Part shown: positions 19,023 to 28,731 of the stretch, one piece after another
Layout: every line of letters starts with the position of its first letter
How positions within the stretch are numbered: the first letter of the stretch is position 1
Assembly (NCBI GenBank): GCA_019057475.1
Contig: DXJO01000006.1
Span: 128,001 to 192,000, forward strand
DNA length: 64,000 nt
Source: Candidatus Thorarchaeota archaeon
GTDB lineage: Archaea > Asgardarchaeota > Thorarchaeia > Thorarchaeales > Thorarchaeaceae
Direction of reading: 5' to 3'
Program-made: the position numbers and the translations under genes
Notes under the pieces: generated by a model
Seen by the model: only the letters and a program-made list of their open reading frames with translations
What the model was told of the DNA's origin: nothing
The model's database searches: none

Positions 19023-19313
19023 ATGATGATACAAGTCAATTACTTCGGTTTTCTCAGGTCAAAGCTCTCCAAGAGCTCTGAGGCAATTTGTCTATCAGAC
19101 GGTGCGAAGCTTAGAGACTTATTGCTCTCTCTTGCAGACAGATACGGTGACAATGTTGAAACATACGTATTTGATCGCGTGTCATCAGACGTCAAGGGTG
19201 ACATTGTGGTCAACGTCAATGATATGCCCCACCGACGAATTCAGGGTCTCGAAACGCAGCTCAATGAGGGTGACCGAGTGGACTTGATGCCAATGTTTGC
19301 CGGTGGCGGATAG
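19023..19313 (+). CDS. MoaD/ThiS/SAMP ubiquitin-like sulfur carrier
   Basis: Beta-grasp pattern IQVNYFGFLR..VNVND..LNEGDRVDLMPMFAGGG ending in diglycine; ATG 19023 preferred. Confidence 0.85.
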   Translation: MMIQVNYFGFLRSKLSKSSEAICLSDGAKLRDLLLSLADRYGDNVETYVFDRVSSDVKGDIVVNVNDMPHRRIQGLETQLNEGDRVDLMPMFAGGG

Positions 19314-19354
19314 ACTATCTTGTTCGAACAGCATTTTGCTGATCTGCTTAATAC

Positions 19355-19972
19355 TCAAATGAAAAGCCGTGAGATTCTCTTCCAGATTGTTTCTCCCATC
19401 TGTCTGTATCCCCGAATGCTAAGATGCAGACCATCACCGCTGTCGAATGTTGGCCGAAGAAGGTTATCAGAATCCGCCAGCACTGAGAATAGGTCGACAA
19501 CGATAAGTCCCTCGATGTCCTTCGGAGCCCTCAGTATCAGACTATTCAATTCTTCCTGTTTCACTTGTATATCTGGGAAGGCTGAACCGATGGGTGGAAC
19601 CGTGCAGGCTACAACTCTAGCTCCGCTATCGCTCGCCAAGCTCCAGAGGTTTGTTAGTGTTTTGAAGATTGCATGAACCGGATAGCCCCAGCCAATATCG
19701 TTCGATCCCCCAAGGATGATTACTGCACCGTATCGCTTCTGTTGAAGCAAGCGTTCCAATCGACCATGCATAAGCTGAGCTAGCTCCCCAGGAACGCCCT
19801 GATTCACAAATGAAACGGAATAGTGTCCTTCGCTCTTGCTTGATTTCAATAGCCAGAACCCGTATTGAGAACTCTCATCTCCTCCGTAACTAGGGTCGTA
19901 ACCCGGAGTGCCTGCGGTCAGACTGTCGCCAAAGCCAAGCATCGTAATAGCTGTTTCTTCATCCGGATTCAA
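19355..19972 (-). CDS. SGNH/GDSL hydrolase
   Basis: GDSLTAG, NQGVPG, GGSND and DGLHL blocks. Confidence 0.9.
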   Translation of the reverse strand: MNPDEETAITMLGFGDSLTAGTPGYDPSYGGDESSQYGFWLLKSSKSEGHYSVSFVNQGVPGELAQLMHGRLERLLQQKRYGAVIILGGSNDIGWGYPVHAIFKTLTNLWSLASDSGARVVACTVPPIGSAFPDIQVKQEELNSLILRAPKDIEGLIVVDLFSVLADSDNLLRPTFDSGDGLHLSIRGYRQMGETIWKRISRLFI

Positions 19973-20465
19973 GAGCCTTGATCTCCTTGTCGATCTTCGT
20001 TTTCTTGCGAAGCAGCTCGTGTCCTTCCTTTACAAGACTGGTCAGTTGTTTCTTGTATTCCTTCTCGCCGACGAGTCCGCGCTCATGCTTCTTCTCAAGT
20101 CTATCACGTCTATTTCGGACACTGTTCCACATCAATTCGAAGGACTTGGCTCTGATCCGGAGTCTGACTAGCTTTTTTGGGCCTTTTGATTTGTCGCGTC
20201 GCCTTGGCAAGGGTCTCTTTGTCTTACCAATGATAGTTCTAGCTTCTCTGAGTTCTAGCTTGGAAGGGCTAATCAATTGTCGTGGCGGTCCTGGAGCAAC
20301 TATTGCCATTTTGGGCTTTGCGGATTTCGCCGGTACCGTTGTAGTTTTCTTCACCTTTTTCGTTTTCGCCCCCTCTGAAATGCTGCTCTTTTCTTCTTCT
20401 GCCAGCTTGGCCAGGTCCTTCTTGTACTTCTCAAGGCGCTTCTGGGGGGTTGATTCCTTACTCAA
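19959..20465 (-). CDS. Lys/Arg-rich hypothetical protein with coiled coil and SHOCT-like segment
   Basis: Very basic 168 aa; LEKKHERGLVGEKEYKKQL; overlaps next gene; TTG start with GGTG SD. Confidence 0.6.
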   Translation of the reverse strand: MSKESTPQKRLEKYKKDLAKLAEEEKSSISEGAKTKKVKKTTTVPAKSAKPKMAIVAPGPPRQLISPSKLELREARTIIGKTKRPLPRRRDKSKGPKKLVRLRIRAKSFELMWNSVRNRRDRLEKKHERGLVGEKEYKKQLTSLVKEGHELLRKKTKIDKEIKALESG

Positions 20466-20552
20466 CTAGACACCACTCATTGATTCAACTCGGTCCCAAC
20501 ACCAGAGTTCATATGTTTCGTATTAAACATTCTTCGAATGAAGGAGTGCTGT

Positions 20553-21752
20553 CTAGAAGAATGACGGCTCTGTTTCGAATGCGCCCTTCGGCGTCTTCAT
20601 CTTCATCGTCTTTTTGGCAGAGAGTAGCTCTACTATCTTGTATTCTTTCGATCCCATACCAAGCTTCTCGGCATAGTCGAGGACTAGATATGGATTCTTC
20701 ATAGGACCAAAAAGACGGGCAAATGGATGAAGATCAACCTCTGGGTCCAAGTTAGTCTTGATGAATGGAGGAATCATGCTCTCTATGAGACCCTCTTTGG
20801 CAACAAGATCAAGGCTAGCCGCCTCGATTGCCACGATATCCCTACTACCCAGCACTCCTATGTCGTTTACTACATGTGGCTGAGCGATACCCCAACAGTC
20901 GCAAAGAGCGGTGATGTCTATGAGGAAATTGATGAAGAAAACCTTGTTCTCATCGAATGTATCCAAGACCGCCTTTGCACCAATCGCCATTAGTTCCTGA
21001 AACGCGGAGAAATACTCCGGTCTAATCTTCATGCACCCGATGTCTTTGTCAGCCTCAATGCATTCCATACACTGATTGCACATGTCAAAAGCGAATGTAA
21101 GCTTGTGTTTCTCCTCGTTGTATTTCAGGCACTTCTTAGGACAGGACTTAACCAATTTCTTGGCGTGTTCTGGTGTGCACTTCTCAGCGTTCCAATATTC
21201 GAATGATTCATGAATAGCGTGGAACTTATGCCATCTTGAAGGGCCATGAAAGCCGCCCAGAGCGATATTCTTGATGGCACCCCCGTAGCCACAACTGTTG
21301 TGGCCCTTTACATGCGTTAGGTCAATTAATACATCTGCATCGTGAAGGCTACCCACAAGCTCAAGGCTATCCACATTCTTGTATTTTATTTTCATCTTGT
21401 ATGTGTAGCCGTCCTTTACACCCGCTGTGGGAAGAATCGGACATCCACAGGTTTCAGAAGTATAGCCACGGTTCACTGCGTTGTAGACAGCAGTGGGGTT
21501 ATCAGTCACATATGGATATCCTCCTGCATCCTTGACAGCCTTCACGATTCGACGCACGAAGAAAACTGGGATAGTCTGATATCCATCATTGAATCCGAGG
21601 TGCATCTTTACTGCAACCTTGTCTTTCTTTTCGATTGTGGAGAAGTCGAGTTTCTTCACGACCTCGTCGACTTTCTGTGAGAATGAAGCGAATCTACCGG
21701 GGTTTCCGTGTTGAATTGACCCGTAATAGACTATAGATGGCTTGGAACTCAT
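20553..21752 (-). CDS. DUF362-family Fe-S protein with ferredoxin-like insert
   Basis: VAVKMHLG, HVKGH, GGAIKNIALG, CNQCMEC, CDCW, DIVAIEAASLDL; ATG 21752 preferred. Confidence 0.85.
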   Translation of the reverse strand: MSSKPSIVYYGSIQHGNPGRFASFSQKVDEVVKKLDFSTIEKKDKVAVKMHLGFNDGYQTIPVFFVRRIVKAVKDAGGYPYVTDNPTAVYNAVNRGYTSETCGCPILPTAGVKDGYTYKMKIKYKNVDSLELVGSLHDADVLIDLTHVKGHNSCGYGGAIKNIALGGFHGPSRWHKFHAIHESFEYWNAEKCTPEHAKKLVKSCPKKCLKYNEEKHKLTFAFDMCNQCMECIEADKDIGCMKIRPEYFSAFQELMAIGAKAVLDTFDENKVFFINFLIDITALCDCWGIAQPHVVNDIGVLGSRDIVAIEAASLDLVAKEGLIESMIPPFIKTNLDPEVDLHPFARLFGPMKNPYLVLDYAEKLGMGSKEYKIVELLSAKKTMKMKTPKGAFETEPSFF

Positions 21753-21870
21753 AGTGTTGCAGTTCAGTACCTCTACTAAAAATGGTTCCGTGTGAGGCAA
21801 ATACGCTCCGAATGAAATATGAGTGACTCAGCATTATGAATAGAGAGCCATTTCTGGGAGGTTCGTTGAA

Positions 21871-23052
21871 TTGCCTGGTGAAATTAGGATTAACACGGAA
21901 GAATCTGGTGAGAGTACTTCCACGCTAGTCTTCGGGGCCGCGTCATTTCTCAATGATATGGGGTCAGACCTGATTGCACCGATTTGGCCTACATACTTAA
22001 GAAATCATCTTTTTCTCAGTTTCTTTCAGCTGGGACTAATCGATGGTTTGGCGATAACCATTACAGCGCTATCTAAAATCGGAGCTGGATACGCCTCTGA
22101 TAGGATTGGAAGAAGAAAGCCATTCATTACGCTTGGTTATTTCATGTCAATGGTTGGGCGCCTCGGATTCATCATTGCAATTGGCTTCTATCATATTCTC
22201 TTTTGGAAGTCAATGGACCGCCTTGGTAAGATGCGCAGTGCGCCACGCGATGCGATTGTTGCCGCAGTGACAACCGAGGAAAAAAGAGGGAGGGCGTTTG
22301 GTTTGCTACGGGCACTTGACTCCGCAGGAGCTGTTGTTGGCGCAGTTATCTCTTACTTGCTGTTCACATCCATAGGTTACTTCGGCATATTCCTGCTGGC
22401 GGCCATTCCTGGTGCAGGATCGGTCATCATTATCGCAGCTCTCGTAAAAGAAAAGAGAGGCAAGGATGTGTTCAAGGGTGTCAATTTCAGAGGGCTGGAT
22501 AGAAATCTCAATCTCTTTTTCTTATCTTCTGCATTATTCGCGTTAGCCACATTCAGCTACTCATTTCTCATGTTATTTTCAAGCGGATTTGGCTATGCCG
22601 ATGGGCAGTTACCTTTGCTCTACATTCTGTTTACGGTTGTATATGCTACAGCTGCATACCCCTTTGGACGAGCTTCCGATCGGATAGGAAGAAAACCGAT
22701 TCTCATTGTAGCTTTTGCTCTGCTGATTCTCACTGCCGCGTGGGCGTTCCTGGTTCGTGATTGGGTTACAGTGATTCCTCTATTCATTTTATTTGGACTT
22801 TCGACTGCTGCACTTGATCCAGTGCAGACCACATTGGTAGTCGACCTTGTGGAAGAAGAAAGTAGAGCAAGCATTCTCGGAGCTTTTCAAATGGTGATTG
22901 GTCTGTGTGCTCTGCCAGCTGGAATGATTATGGGCTATCTCTGGGAAACGATTGGAGCACTCATGGTCTTTCAGTACTCAATGGCTCTCGCTGGAGCGGC
23001 GACTATGATTCTTCTAACGATACGTGTGAAGGACTTCAATGTGGTTGCTTAA
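21871..23052 (+). CDS. MFS transporter
   Basis: About 12 TM; GYASDRIGRRK and GRASDRIGRK motif-A copies. Confidence 0.9.
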   Translation: MPGEIRINTEESGESTSTLVFGAASFLNDMGSDLIAPIWPTYLRNHLFLSFFQLGLIDGLAITITALSKIGAGYASDRIGRRKPFITLGYFMSMVGRLGFIIAIGFYHILFWKSMDRLGKMRSAPRDAIVAAVTTEEKRGRAFGLLRALDSAGAVVGAVISYLLFTSIGYFGIFLLAAIPGAGSVIIIAALVKEKRGKDVFKGVNFRGLDRNLNLFFLSSALFALATFSYSFLMLFSSGFGYADGQLPLLYILFTVVYATAAYPFGRASDRIGRKPILIVAFALLILTAAWAFLVRDWVTVIPLFILFGLSTAALDPVQTTLVVDLVEEESRASILGAFQMVIGLCALPAGMIMGYLWETIGALMVFQYSMALAGAATMILLTIRVKDFNVVA

Positions 23053-23054
23053 AC

Positions 23055-23588
23055 CTACATTGTCCCGACTCCAAGGAATTTCCGCAACATCATGCCAAGA
23101 CTCATGCTCGTAAACATATACCAGTAAATGAAGTAAAGGCCGAAGCCACCTTGGACATTCGTTCCCATGAAGCCTTCAAGAAACGTGATGTGAAATGGAA
23201 GTATGGCGGCTGGTGTAGCTCCAAAGAGAGTACTGAGAACACCGAAGACCGCAAATATTGGAATCAAGGTTATGCACATCGGCTTCATTTTAGAACTCAT
23301 CATGCTACCTTGAAGTTTCATGATCCGCCCTTGGTCTGCCATGACTTCCTCAAGAAGCTCTTGATTCATTGTATTTCTTGCTTCGTTGAATCTCGTCTGC
23401 CACGCCTTTATCTCTTCCATGTCTGCGTTTGCTTGCTCTACATCAGTAAATTTCTTGGTAGCCCATGTTGTGAATAGTGCCACTAGTACACTGACGATAG
23501 CAACAAACGGTGCAGATAGCGGCATTGACCCTACGGGTGTGAGCAGTGCCGCAATAGACTGGAGGAAATTGGCCAAGATGTCTTGCAT
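23055..23588 (-). CDS. EMC3/TMCO1/Get1 (Oxa1 superfamily, DUF106) membrane insertase
   Basis: TM1, cytosolic coiled coil, Met-rich segment MMSSKMKPMCITLIP, TM3 FIYWYMFTSM..LRKFLG. Confidence 0.85.
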   Translation of the reverse strand: MQDILANFLQSIAALLTPVGSMPLSAPFVAIVSVLVALFTTWATKKFTDVEQANADMEEIKAWQTRFNEARNTMNQELLEEVMADQGRIMKLQGSMMSSKMKPMCITLIPIFAVFGVLSTLFGATPAAILPFHITFLEGFMGTNVQGGFGLYFIYWYMFTSMSLGMMLRKFLGVGTM

Positions 23589-23739
23589 TTCTTCACTTCC
23601 AAGAATATGAACTTCGCACCTGCTTGCATTTTAAGCATTATCCTCTGTGGACCACTTGATGCGGTCATCCCGTTAAGAGTTGAAATGCATCCGAAAGCTT
23701 GTCCTAACCGCTAGGTTGAGATTTGCAGGTCACCACACC

Positions 23740-24993
23740 TTATGCATCGTTTCTGGAAATTATCTCATCTAGTCGAATATGGATGTCATCAAGCACTTGG
23801 CAAGAACCCGTGTCTAGAAACTCCTCTACAGTATTCAGTAATTGAGAATCGACCATCAGTTGCTCAGCCAGCGTCCCTTCTTCTCTCATCTTGCTAAGGT
23901 CGTCAATACCCTTCTCAATTCTAAGAGCCAGTTCGCGATATGGTGTTGACTTGGTCCAACTCATTCCAAGGAGATACGTTTGACGAAAGATAATGTCAAG
24001 CAGAGTTCCAAGGACCCTGTTATTCGCCTCAGGTTCATTTGTCAGCCTGTGTCGAATCGTCCTGTCACTGATTCCCACATCCCTGCAAATCTCGTAACCC
24101 CGGAGCATTATATTGACCGGGAGCTCCTTGTAGTCAGCATGCCCGTACGGGTGGTTCTTTCTGAATATACGTTCCAGTAGTTCCAACTTCTCAGGAAATC
24201 TCTTTTTGACCACATTCAGAAAATGCACTTTTTGACGACCAGGTTTGAGCGTCATGCCGCCCCAAAGAATGAACTGAGCACCAGCATGTTTTGCCTCCTT
24301 TGCGAGACCTCTCATGTTTTCATAGGTATCCCCAATACCTGGAATGATCGGGGTTGCCATAACTCCGCCGAAGAAACCTTCTTTTCTGATTCTTTTCAGT
24401 GCCTTGTATCTCATTGAAGTAGTCGAGGCTCTTGGTTCGAAGATTCTCTGAACCTTATCATCTACGAGTGTAATCGTGAACAGTACATCAGCAAAGGCGA
24501 CCTCATGAATCCTCTTGAGCAAGTCAAGGTCTCTAAGGACAAGGTCTGACTTCGTCAATACGAAAACAGGCATCTCGAAATCAAGCAGCGTTTCGAGAAC
24601 TTGGCGAGTTATCTCATGTTCCTTTTCCGCTGGTTGATAGCCGTCAGAAACACCCCCGCAGACTCCTATTACCTGCTTCCGTGGGGACTTCATGGCCAGT
24701 CTCTTTGCATCCTCTTCATCCAAAAAGGACCAGAGGGTTTCCGTTTCGAGTTCGCTCCCCGAAGTGAATCCGTCCTTCTTGAGTTCTCTTCGAAGGATCT
24801 GAGCAGCATTCTCCTTGATCCTTATGTGCGTGAGAAAGTTGTCCACATGGTAGTTCTCTGACATGCCATCACAGTAGACGAATCCATGCTCACACCCGCG
24901 GTAGGCGTTCATTGACCGATTGATGTGAAACCATCCATCAGCTGTGATGGGTTTTGAGAGGAGGGACTTGGCTTTGATTCGCTCATACCTCAT
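23740..24993 (-). CDS. SplB-like radical SAM protein (Rv2578c-like) with altered CxxxCxxC motif
   Basis: MNAYRGCEHGFVYCD, SDGYQPAE, LTKSDLVLRDLDLL, FEPRA, PIIPGIGD; second Cys reads Phe. Confidence 0.8.
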   Translation of the reverse strand: MRYERIKAKSLLSKPITADGWFHINRSMNAYRGCEHGFVYCDGMSENYHVDNFLTHIRIKENAAQILRRELKKDGFTSGSELETETLWSFLDEEDAKRLAMKSPRKQVIGVCGGVSDGYQPAEKEHEITRQVLETLLDFEMPVFVLTKSDLVLRDLDLLKRIHEVAFADVLFTITLVDDKVQRIFEPRASTTSMRYKALKRIRKEGFFGGVMATPIIPGIGDTYENMRGLAKEAKHAGAQFILWGGMTLKPGRQKVHFLNVVKKRFPEKLELLERIFRKNHPYGHADYKELPVNIMLRGYEICRDVGISDRTIRHRLTNEPEANNRVLGTLLDIIFRQTYLLGMSWTKSTPYRELALRIEKGIDDLSKMREEGTLAEQLMVDSQLLNTVEEFLDTGSCQVLDDIHIRLDEIISRNDA

Positions 24994-25155
24994 TGAGAGA
25001 ACGCTCGTTGATTATTTATGAATGGGACATATTGGGCCGCCAGCCATATGATTCTGTTGGAACAAAATTTCTTCAGGAAGTTATGATTACTTGTCAGGTT
25101 AATTCCTAGGTGGTTCAATGTGTACCAATTAGCGGCAGTCATGCATCATGCAGTA

Positions 25156-25599
25156 TTACTGTGAAAATAGGTCCAAGACAATCCTTACAGCCGTGGCCAC
25201 GAACTCAGAACACTGATCACTGAATACTCCTCTTTCACGGGCCGCTTTCCTAGCTTCTGGGTCTTTCATATCAACGCCAATGAGTTCGTAGCATTGAGTT
25301 GTTTTGAATTTCTCCTTGAGCCGTTCAATCAGTATGCTTGAAATCTTGTACGTGCGCTCCTTGCTCTGTACAACATCTTTGCTACGCAATCCATTCAAGA
25401 CTCCGATTGCCATGATTGCACCAGAAACAGCGCCGCAGGTCTTTCCTTCTCCCGCTATCCCGCCTCCAAATCCGGAGCTCGATGACATTGCTTCATCAAA
25501 GAAGACGCCTTTCTCTTCAAGAACGGCTTTCAAGACAGATTGTGCACAGTTGTACCCTGAAGCGAGATACTCGCGGGAGTTCATTCCTGCATCAGTCAT
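25156..25599 (-). CDS. C_GCAxxG_C_C family putative redox-active protein
   Basis: YNCAQS, GFGGG, TCGAVSG, plus two later Cys. Confidence 0.88.
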   Translation of the reverse strand: MTDAGMNSREYLASGYNCAQSVLKAVLEEKGVFFDEAMSSSSGFGGGIAGEGKTCGAVSGAIMAIGVLNGLRSKDVVQSKERTYKISSILIERLKEKFKTTQCYELIGVDMKDPEARKAARERGVFSDQCSEFVATAVRIVLDLFSQ

Positions 25600-25759
25600 T
25601 CTGAGAACCTCTTGGAACGTGATTGATTATGAGCGTGCCTGACCTGCACAGAGTAAATAGATTATGGAATAACTCCTTCAGTGGATTCTCCTTGATTCTC
25701 CGTCATCGACATCATCTTAAGACTGGCACGTTCGTAGCGAGGCACTGGAGATCCAGCCA

Positions 25760-27013
25760 ATGCCAGATGGTCACAAGGCAGAGTCATCAAATGAAGGTCA
25801 TGGACGCACAATGTCATCATCCGGTTTTATGGGGCTCAATCGCAATCTTTGGAAGCTCGCAGCGGTCATGGGCGTAGTTCAATTTTCAGTTGCGCTTTGG
25901 AAGTGGGAATTCAGTATCTTCCTCAGGACAATGGTCGATCCATGGCAGATGGGTCTGATCTTCTCTTTTGGCACACTTGCCAGTCTTGTGGCAGGCTTCG
26001 TATCGGGAACAGTTGCTGACCTCATTGGCAGAAAACGGTCTATGGCATTTGGCCTCATTCCAGTCGCTGTTGGCCTATTGGCTATGTCATACCTCTCCTT
26101 CTGGCCATTCATCATCTTGCAGTTCGGTCTTGTCTGGTACGGTTTGAGCACCATCAGAGTTATTTCTCAAGCTATGCCGGCAGACGAGATTGCAAAGGAT
26201 GAGGGAAGGAATCCCGCGCGGAGATTCATGATGGTTTTGATGCCATTATGGTTTATGGATGGGTTGGGTCCTCTAATAGGAGCGTCTCTCCTCAATTCAG
26301 GATTCACTTCTTCAGATCTTCATCGCTTCGCAGCTGTCGGAGCTATTGCTGCTTTTTTCGTGGTGCTCCTTGTTGTAGAAGAATCACTGGACGCGGATAT
26401 CATGGAGAAGGCGAGAGCTGGAGCGATAATCTCATTTCGACAGCTTGGAGGGGGCTTTTGGAAGCTTGTTGTGGGGATGGTCGGTTTCTACTTCTTCTTC
26501 GCCTCTGCAATCTCGTATTTGGGAAACCTTAGTGTTGAAGAATGGGGGGTTAGCACGGTCACGTACGGTTATGCATGGAGCGCATTTTCATTCACTAGTT
26601 TCGTGCTCATATACGTAGTCAGCGGTCTAGCGGATAGGAATCTAAAAGGAGCTCTTCTACTCTCAATGGTTGGAAATGGCTTAGTCTATATAGCGTTTGG
26701 TTTCTGGAGCGGCGCCTCGGGGCTGTACCTCCTGAATATCCTTTGGGCTGTACCCTTCATTGTCTGGCTTGGCACCGAGAGGAGCCTGATAACAGCAAAC
26801 GTTCCAGAAGAGGCCAAAGGGCGAGCATTAGGTACATATCATTTCCTGATGAGCTCAACAGCAATGGTTTCCGCTCTCTTTGGAGCATTACTCTGGGAAG
26901 TTACAGGCAGTCTAAGAACGGTGTGGATTATCGCGGGCGTTGGAATGCTTTGTACAGTTCTGTTATTGGTTCCCATACTTCGCTCGGTTGAAACTGGAAA
27001 TCCCCAGAATTGA
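25760..27013 (+). CDS. MFS transporter
   Basis: About 12 TM; GTVADLIGRKR; KGRALG. Confidence 0.85.
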   Translation: MPDGHKAESSNEGHGRTMSSSGFMGLNRNLWKLAAVMGVVQFSVALWKWEFSIFLRTMVDPWQMGLIFSFGTLASLVAGFVSGTVADLIGRKRSMAFGLIPVAVGLLAMSYLSFWPFIILQFGLVWYGLSTIRVISQAMPADEIAKDEGRNPARRFMMVLMPLWFMDGLGPLIGASLLNSGFTSSDLHRFAAVGAIAAFFVVLLVVEESLDADIMEKARAGAIISFRQLGGGFWKLVVGMVGFYFFFASAISYLGNLSVEEWGVSTVTYGYAWSAFSFTSFVLIYVVSGLADRNLKGALLLSMVGNGLVYIAFGFWSGASGLYLLNILWAVPFIVWLGTERSLITANVPEEAKGRALGTYHFLMSSTAMVSALFGALLWEVTGSLRTVWIIAGVGMLCTVLLLVPILRSVETGNPQN

Positions 27014-27190
27014 CTAGGTCCGCAGCTTTCTCTTCAGAGATATATACAAACTTACATTCCTCCTCTCCAGCTATACATGATTTTAGGAGTTGAATTTGGA
27101 CTGGTTTCTGGCATAATGTTATTCACCGTTTCTAGTACTGTCGTTCATCAAAACATTTAATAAAACTGGTTGTGAAAGATTTAGTGTGGG

Positions 27191-28585
27191 TTGCTCGTGA
27201 GTGGGAAAAATCCAAAGAAAACGAAAGATCTTCTGGCTTCATCAGGCGCGGGCATAGCAGAAGTCCTTAGTAGCTTCGCCAATGAAAAGCGTCTGCAACT
27301 GTTTGCTATGATGATAGATGGTCCAACAGGATTTGAGGAACTGCAGAATGCGTCAGGTTTGAGCAAGACTGCATTGGCCAATCATCTGAAACGACTGCTC
27401 AGGACGGGTGTTGTGCGAAGGCTCGAACGAGGCACATATGCTCTCTCTGAAGATGGCCTGAATCTCTTGAGCGCAATAGGATCTGCATACTCTGTGACTC
27501 AAAGAAGGCGTCGAGATGAAGCGTCAAGAACTGCAAGGCTGTACTCGCGTGATCCAACCCTAAAGGAAGAAGGAGAAATGGACGAATTTGAAGTTAAAAA
27601 CAAGGCTAAATGGGAACCCGCATGGACATCGTACGTGGGTACTGTATCTGGGATACTCAAGTCGCTCGGCGTCAAGGCTGAGATGCCAGATGTTGGAGGT
27701 TACACAGGCTACGCGTTCTTGGTGAATGTGGCCAAGAGTGCGACATGTCCTTCGGCTCCAACCTGTCATACTGCATTCGGGATGTTCGCAAAGGCTGTGG
27801 AGATGAGCTTCGGTTGGAAGATTGGATTCAATTGGGACAAAGAGGGGGGAAGTTATCCTAGTGACGAATCCCCAACGCTTGATGATCTGAAACGGGCAAA
27901 AGCTTACTTTGAGTTGATGAAAGGCACACTGGCACGTACGAACAGACCAATAGGTCTCTGGGGGCTCGTTGTGCCAGAGTACTTCATTATGAATGGATAC
28001 AAGGGAGACTACTATCTAGCCAGCACAATGAGAGAATGCCACAATGAGCCTGAGACGCCATTGAAGTATGACTCGCTACATGCCCCGGGAGGATTCTCTG
28101 AGATTGTATTCGAAAAAGAAACCAAGCCTCTTGAGCTAGATCGTCGGGACAAACAGGCTCTCCAGCGCGCCGTACGTGTGGCTGAAGGAAAATACGTTGA
28201 AGATGGCTATGTTCAGGGACCGAAAGCGTTTGATACGTGGGCACTGCAACTCAAGGAAGGACAGGAGAATGTTCTACTATATCACGGCAACTCGTACGTT
28301 GGTGCCTGTATGCACGAGGGAATGGAATGGGCCACTCAGTTCCTGAAGGGCTTGTCACAGCGATACAAGAAACAACCTCAAGGAGAATTCCTGAATAGCG
28401 CCAGCAAAGAATATAGCAAAGCGGCAGCAAGCATGAAGGAATTTACAGAGCTGTTTCCATTTGGTTTCCAGGGGGACCTTCCAGAAGCGAAGCGGAAGAA
28501 GGGAGCCAAACTGCTAGAGAGCACAAAGCCTCATGTGGAGTCTGCTTTGGTCCACATGAAAAAGGCTCATAAGAATTGGACTTAA
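27191..28585 (+). CDS. ArsR-family HTH fused to a roughly 335-aa C-terminal domain of unknown function
   Basis: FANEKRLQL..LSKTALANHLKRLLRTGVV..YALSEDG; internal AAGGAG + ATG at 27578. Confidence 0.75.
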   Translation: MLVSGKNPKKTKDLLASSGAGIAEVLSSFANEKRLQLFAMMIDGPTGFEELQNASGLSKTALANHLKRLLRTGVVRRLERGTYALSEDGLNLLSAIGSAYSVTQRRRRDEASRTARLYSRDPTLKEEGEMDEFEVKNKAKWEPAWTSYVGTVSGILKSLGVKAEMPDVGGYTGYAFLVNVAKSATCPSAPTCHTAFGMFAKAVEMSFGWKIGFNWDKEGGSYPSDESPTLDDLKRAKAYFELMKGTLARTNRPIGLWGLVVPEYFIMNGYKGDYYLASTMRECHNEPETPLKYDSLHAPGGFSEIVFEKETKPLELDRRDKQALQRAVRVAEGKYVEDGYVQGPKAFDTWALQLKEGQENVLLYHGNSYVGACMHEGMEWATQFLKGLSQRYKKQPQGEFLNSASKEYSKAAASMKEFTELFPFGFQGDLPEAKRKKGAKLLESTKPHVESALVHMKKAHKNWT

Positions 28586-28705
28586 TCTGCAGAACCTGGG
28601 AGAAGATGTGGCATAGGAAAAACCAAAGTCCTCTGCCAAGAAATGAATATCATCGCTCCATCCTCTCTTTCGAAAAGACAGAGTGGGTCGATGAAAACAA
28701 GAAGG

Positions 28706-28723
28706 GAGGGGGTTTCCCCCCTC
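28706..28723 (-). terminator. Hairpin terminator after the UMF1/Atg22-like MFS gene
   Basis: GAGGGGG-TTTC-CCCCCTC stem directly after the stop, followed on the minus strand by CCTTCTTGTTTTC. Confidence 0.55.
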
Positions 28724-28731
28724 ACATTGAC

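Noticed and set aside
19023-19313. MoaD-like protein as eukaryote-type ubiquitin
   Set aside because: The sequence pattern is MoaD/SAMP-like and no E1/E2/RING/JAB genes are adjacent
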